A DNA stretch of 25,465 nt from a virus (Duplodnaviria > Caudoviricetes), in the IMG/VR virus record IMGVR_UViG_3300004774_000015, positions 1 to 25,465 of that record. The stretch is one strand, 5' to 3'. This document shows positions 23,382 to 25,465 of the stretch, one piece after another. The notes below the pieces were generated by a model, which was not told the origin of the DNA, did not search any database, and was given only the letters and a program-made list of their open reading frames with translations. A program made the position numbers and the translations under genes. Within the stretch, counting starts at the first letter, position 1; each line of letters opens with the position of its first letter.

Positions 23382-23633
23382 TTAAAACGGCATTGATTCA
23401 TCAATTTCATCAAGCCCGCCAGCATTTTGATTGCGTGGCGCACCATCTTTAGGTAAAGGTTCACGCATTTGAATCCATCCATCAAAGTTGGTTGGTAGTG
23501 ATTCAATGTTTAGCGCAATTCCGCCATTTTTTGTTTCCATTGCAACACCGCATTTATGCCAGCGCACTTTTTCATTGCCCTGCTTGTCCTTATATGCGCC
23601 TGCTTTTGCGATTAAATCATGGGTAATAGCCAT
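23382..23633 (-). CDS. Small putative ssDNA-binding protein with SSB-type acidic tail
   Basis: 83 aa, beta-rich basic/aromatic core; C-terminus 'LDEIDESMPF'; in the ERF/exonuclease operon. Confidence 0.6.
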   Translation of the reverse strand: MAITHDLIAKAGAYKDKQGNEKVRWHKCGVAMETKNGGIALNIESLPTNFDGWIQMREPLPKDGAPRNQNAGGLDEIDESMPF

Positions 23634-23809
23634 TATTCAGTTTCCTTTTGTTTAAATTTTGCATCAGTTTCTTCAATCCATTTTAAAATTTCATCTAAAA
23701 CAAAATGCGCTGGAGTTGCATTTTCTTTATTTTCAATTGAGGCATCCAATTCTGTTGATATTTGCACCCCATCATCAGTATCTTCAATAACAATTTTTAC
23801 AATAGCCAT
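23633..23809 (-). CDS. Hypothetical acidic protein (58 aa), not in ORF track
   Basis: MAIVKIVIEDTDDGVQISTELDASIENKENATPAHFVLDEILKWIEETDAKFKQKETE*; SD AAGGA; TAATG-coupled to the next gene. Confidence 0.72.
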   Translation of the reverse strand: MAIVKIVIEDTDDGVQISTELDASIENKENATPAHFVLDEILKWIEETDAKFKQKETE

Positions 23810-23810
23810 T

Positions 23811-24428
23811 TTACTTGTTTCCTTTTTTTAGTTGATTAAATAATACATTTACTTCATTCAAAAAAGCCGTTATGGCGGCTTCCATTTCAGCAATATATGC
23901 TTCATCGCGAGGGACACGACAAACATATAAGGCTAAATCATCCCCAACATCGGGGCAATAACTAATAAAATCGCACCATTGATGCCCTGTGCAAGACATT
24001 TGAAATTGCATTTGTGGGTAATACTTTGATGGCGAACCACCGCCTAATATTGTTTCAATATGGTTTGCCGCTGTTGGGCATTTAATTTCAATTTGCCCGT
24101 CAGGTAACATCCCATCAGGTGATGCGCCAGCCATTTCAATTGTGGGGTGATGAATAAACCCTATTTCAGTCACAAACACATCATTTTGGGCTTCATATAA
24201 CGCACGCGCAATAGGTTCTAACCGCACGCCCCGTTCCATGTGATGGTTGATATAGGTTTCTTCTTTTAAACCCGTCAGCCTTTCGCAAACAAGCTGAATG
24301 CGATAATTTCTGCGTGATGTGGCTTCACCTGTTTTAACTGTTGCCATGACATCAGCAACGCGGCTGGCGGTTACTTTGCCAAGCCGAACATTAAACCATT
24401 CATCAGAACCTTGAATAATTGTTTCCAT
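23811..24428 (-). CDS. YqaJ/lambda-exonuclease family alkaline exonuclease
   Basis: 'QGSDEWFNVRLGKVTASR', 'MERGVRLEPIAR', 'GASPDG', 'IEIKCP', 'YYPQMQFQM', 'WCDFISY'. Confidence 0.95.
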   Translation of the reverse strand: METIIQGSDEWFNVRLGKVTASRVADVMATVKTGEATSRRNYRIQLVCERLTGLKEETYINHHMERGVRLEPIARALYEAQNDVFVTEIGFIHHPTIEMAGASPDGMLPDGQIEIKCPTAANHIETILGGGSPSKYYPQMQFQMSCTGHQWCDFISYCPDVGDDLALYVCRVPRDEAYIAEMEAAITAFLNEVNVLFNQLKKGNK

Positions 24429-24436
24429 TGTTTTTC

Positions 24437-25015
24437 CTATGGGTGATGTAATTCAAACAACGACTTCATTTCATCCTTTGCCTTAACAACAGCATTGGTT
24501 GCATCAACATTGCCTTTGCAACGCGCCACAGCCGTTTTATAGGCTGTTTGTAATTCTGCTAGGGTTTTGGTATCAGTTACCAATTTAACAGCCGCTTCCA
24601 CATCCACAGCATTATTTGTAGCATTATATATAGCACCAACGCCATCATCATCGTCAGCATAAAGACCACAAATAGCGGAAAGGCTATAACGACGCAAATA
24701 AGTGAGAGCAGACCCCAATCCCTGCGGGTCTTGTTTTTGTAACGGACACGTTGCGGTATCTTCAATCCATTCCCCTGATTCGTGAATTAATCGTGTTGTT
24801 AAGTTTAAACGACCATCATCACTTGGCGATGGTGTTTGCAAAAATGCAATGCCGTTTTTATTTAATGCGGCTTTGACTGCATTAATCACAGATTGCAAGT
24901 CAGCATATTTGCTTTTAAGGTGCGGGTTTTTGGCATTTTCAATAGCGTAGGTAATGCCCATTTGTGCCTTAATTAAAGCAGGCGCAATTTTAATAAGTGA
25001 TTCACTTGTTTTCAT
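24437..25015 (-). CDS. erf: ERF-family single-strand annealing protein
   Basis: Start MKTSES (ATG 25015); 'NPHLKSKYADL', 'TTRLIHESGEWIE', 'QGLGSALTYLRRYSLSAICGL..DDDG'. Confidence 0.93.
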   Translation of the reverse strand: MKTSESLIKIAPALIKAQMGITYAIENAKNPHLKSKYADLQSVINAVKAALNKNGIAFLQTPSPSDDGRLNLTTRLIHESGEWIEDTATCPLQKQDPQGLGSALTYLRRYSLSAICGLYADDDDGVGAIYNATNNAVDVEAAVKLVTDTKTLAELQTAYKTAVARCKGNVDATNAVVKAKDEMKSLFELHHP

Positions 25016-25016
25016 G

Positions 25017-25112
25017 TTATTTCCAATCAAAAAATTTGGCTAATGCTTCACCAGCCAAAAGAATGGCTAAAAATACAACCAGCCCCAAAATTACAATAGT
25101 CAAATTGTCCAT
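25017..25112 (-). CDS. Small membrane peptide (31 aa), not in ORF track
   Basis: MDNLTIVILGLVVFLAILLAGEALAKFFDWK*; fills the gap with 1-nt spacing on both sides. Confidence 0.6.
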   Translation of the reverse strand: MDNLTIVILGLVVFLAILLAGEALAKFFDWK

Positions 25113-25113
25113 G

Positions 25114-25335
25114 TTAAGCCCCAGTCACAATATTAAAAATTTCGTTTTCAATTTTTTCAATAATGGTATTGCAAAGAATTGGAAGTAAATCAACGGTGTC
25201 ATTTAATGTTTCAACTGCAACCAATTGAATGTTGTGATACGTTGGCGAATCGCCTGTGCCAAATGGGTCTTTTTCAACTTCATGTAAAAAGTAAACATCA
25301 AGTGTAATGCCGTTAATAATTAAAGTTTCTAACAT
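25114..25335 (-). CDS. Hypothetical protein (73 aa)
   Basis: Start MLETLIING (ATG 25335) with SD AAGGGG; 'EKDPFGTGDSPT'; appears to be the first gene of the operon. Confidence 0.72.
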   Translation of the reverse strand: MLETLIINGITLDVYFLHEVEKDPFGTGDSPTYHNIQLVAVETLNDTVDLLPILCNTIIEKIENEIFNIVTGA

Positions 25336-25380
25336 TTGTTTCCCCTTGTTTCCGTTAATATGCAAAAGCGCATAAGTGAT

Positions 25381-25422
25381 ACAATACAGATGTTTTATAC
25401 ATTATGCAACCACTTTTATACA
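25381..25422 (-). promoter_or_regulatory. Putative sigma70 promoter for the leftward operon with two overlapping 9-bp direct repeats
   Basis: On the - strand: TTGCAT (25409-25404), 17 nt, TATTGT (25386-25381). TGTATAAAA occurs twice (+ strand TTTTATACA at 25393 and 25414). Confidence 0.55.
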
Positions 25423-25465
25423 AATATTAAAAAATGAATGAACATCAAATACAAGTTGCCGTTAT

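Noticed and set aside
22482-23831. + strand ORFs 22482-22673, 22902-23084, 22996-23217 and 23619-23831
   Set aside because: They lie beyond the late-operon terminator, opposite tightly coupled - strand genes that explain the sequence better.
15336-25465. tRNA genes, integrase/att site or invertible fibre cassette
   Set aside because: No cloverleaf or T-loop consensus in the intergenic gaps; no recombinase gene and no inverted repeats flanking the fibre genes were seen.

Overview
An AT-rich segment of a tailed dsDNA phage (HK97-type head, lambda-like non-contractile tail). The host is probably Gram-negative; this is inferred from a candidate lipoprotein in the lysis cassette. The + strand (1-22415) carries the late genes in this order: end of a probable prohead protease, TWO paralogous major capsid proteins separated by a terminator-like hairpin, neck genes, TWO paralogous tail tube proteins, an HK97 gp10-like gene, a -1 frameshifted tail chaperone, a tape measure with three 79-aa repeats, Dit/hub genes, a GNAT acetyltransferase, a gpJ-like tip protein, a BppU-like adapter, a tail fibre, a trypsin-fold serine protease, a lysis cassette (three membrane/holin-like proteins, a lipoprotein nested out of frame in one of them, and an M15 endolysin), then two His-Me endonucleases. 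A convergent - strand early operon (22457-25335) encodes an ERF annealase, a YqaJ exonuclease, a small SSB-like protein, a wHTH protein and several tiny membrane proteins. The most notable points are the doubled capsid and doubled tail tube, the tail-module protease, the nested lipoprotein, a two-state RNA leader before the fibre module and apparent GATC avoidance. All family calls come from motif recognition by eye; no database search was run.
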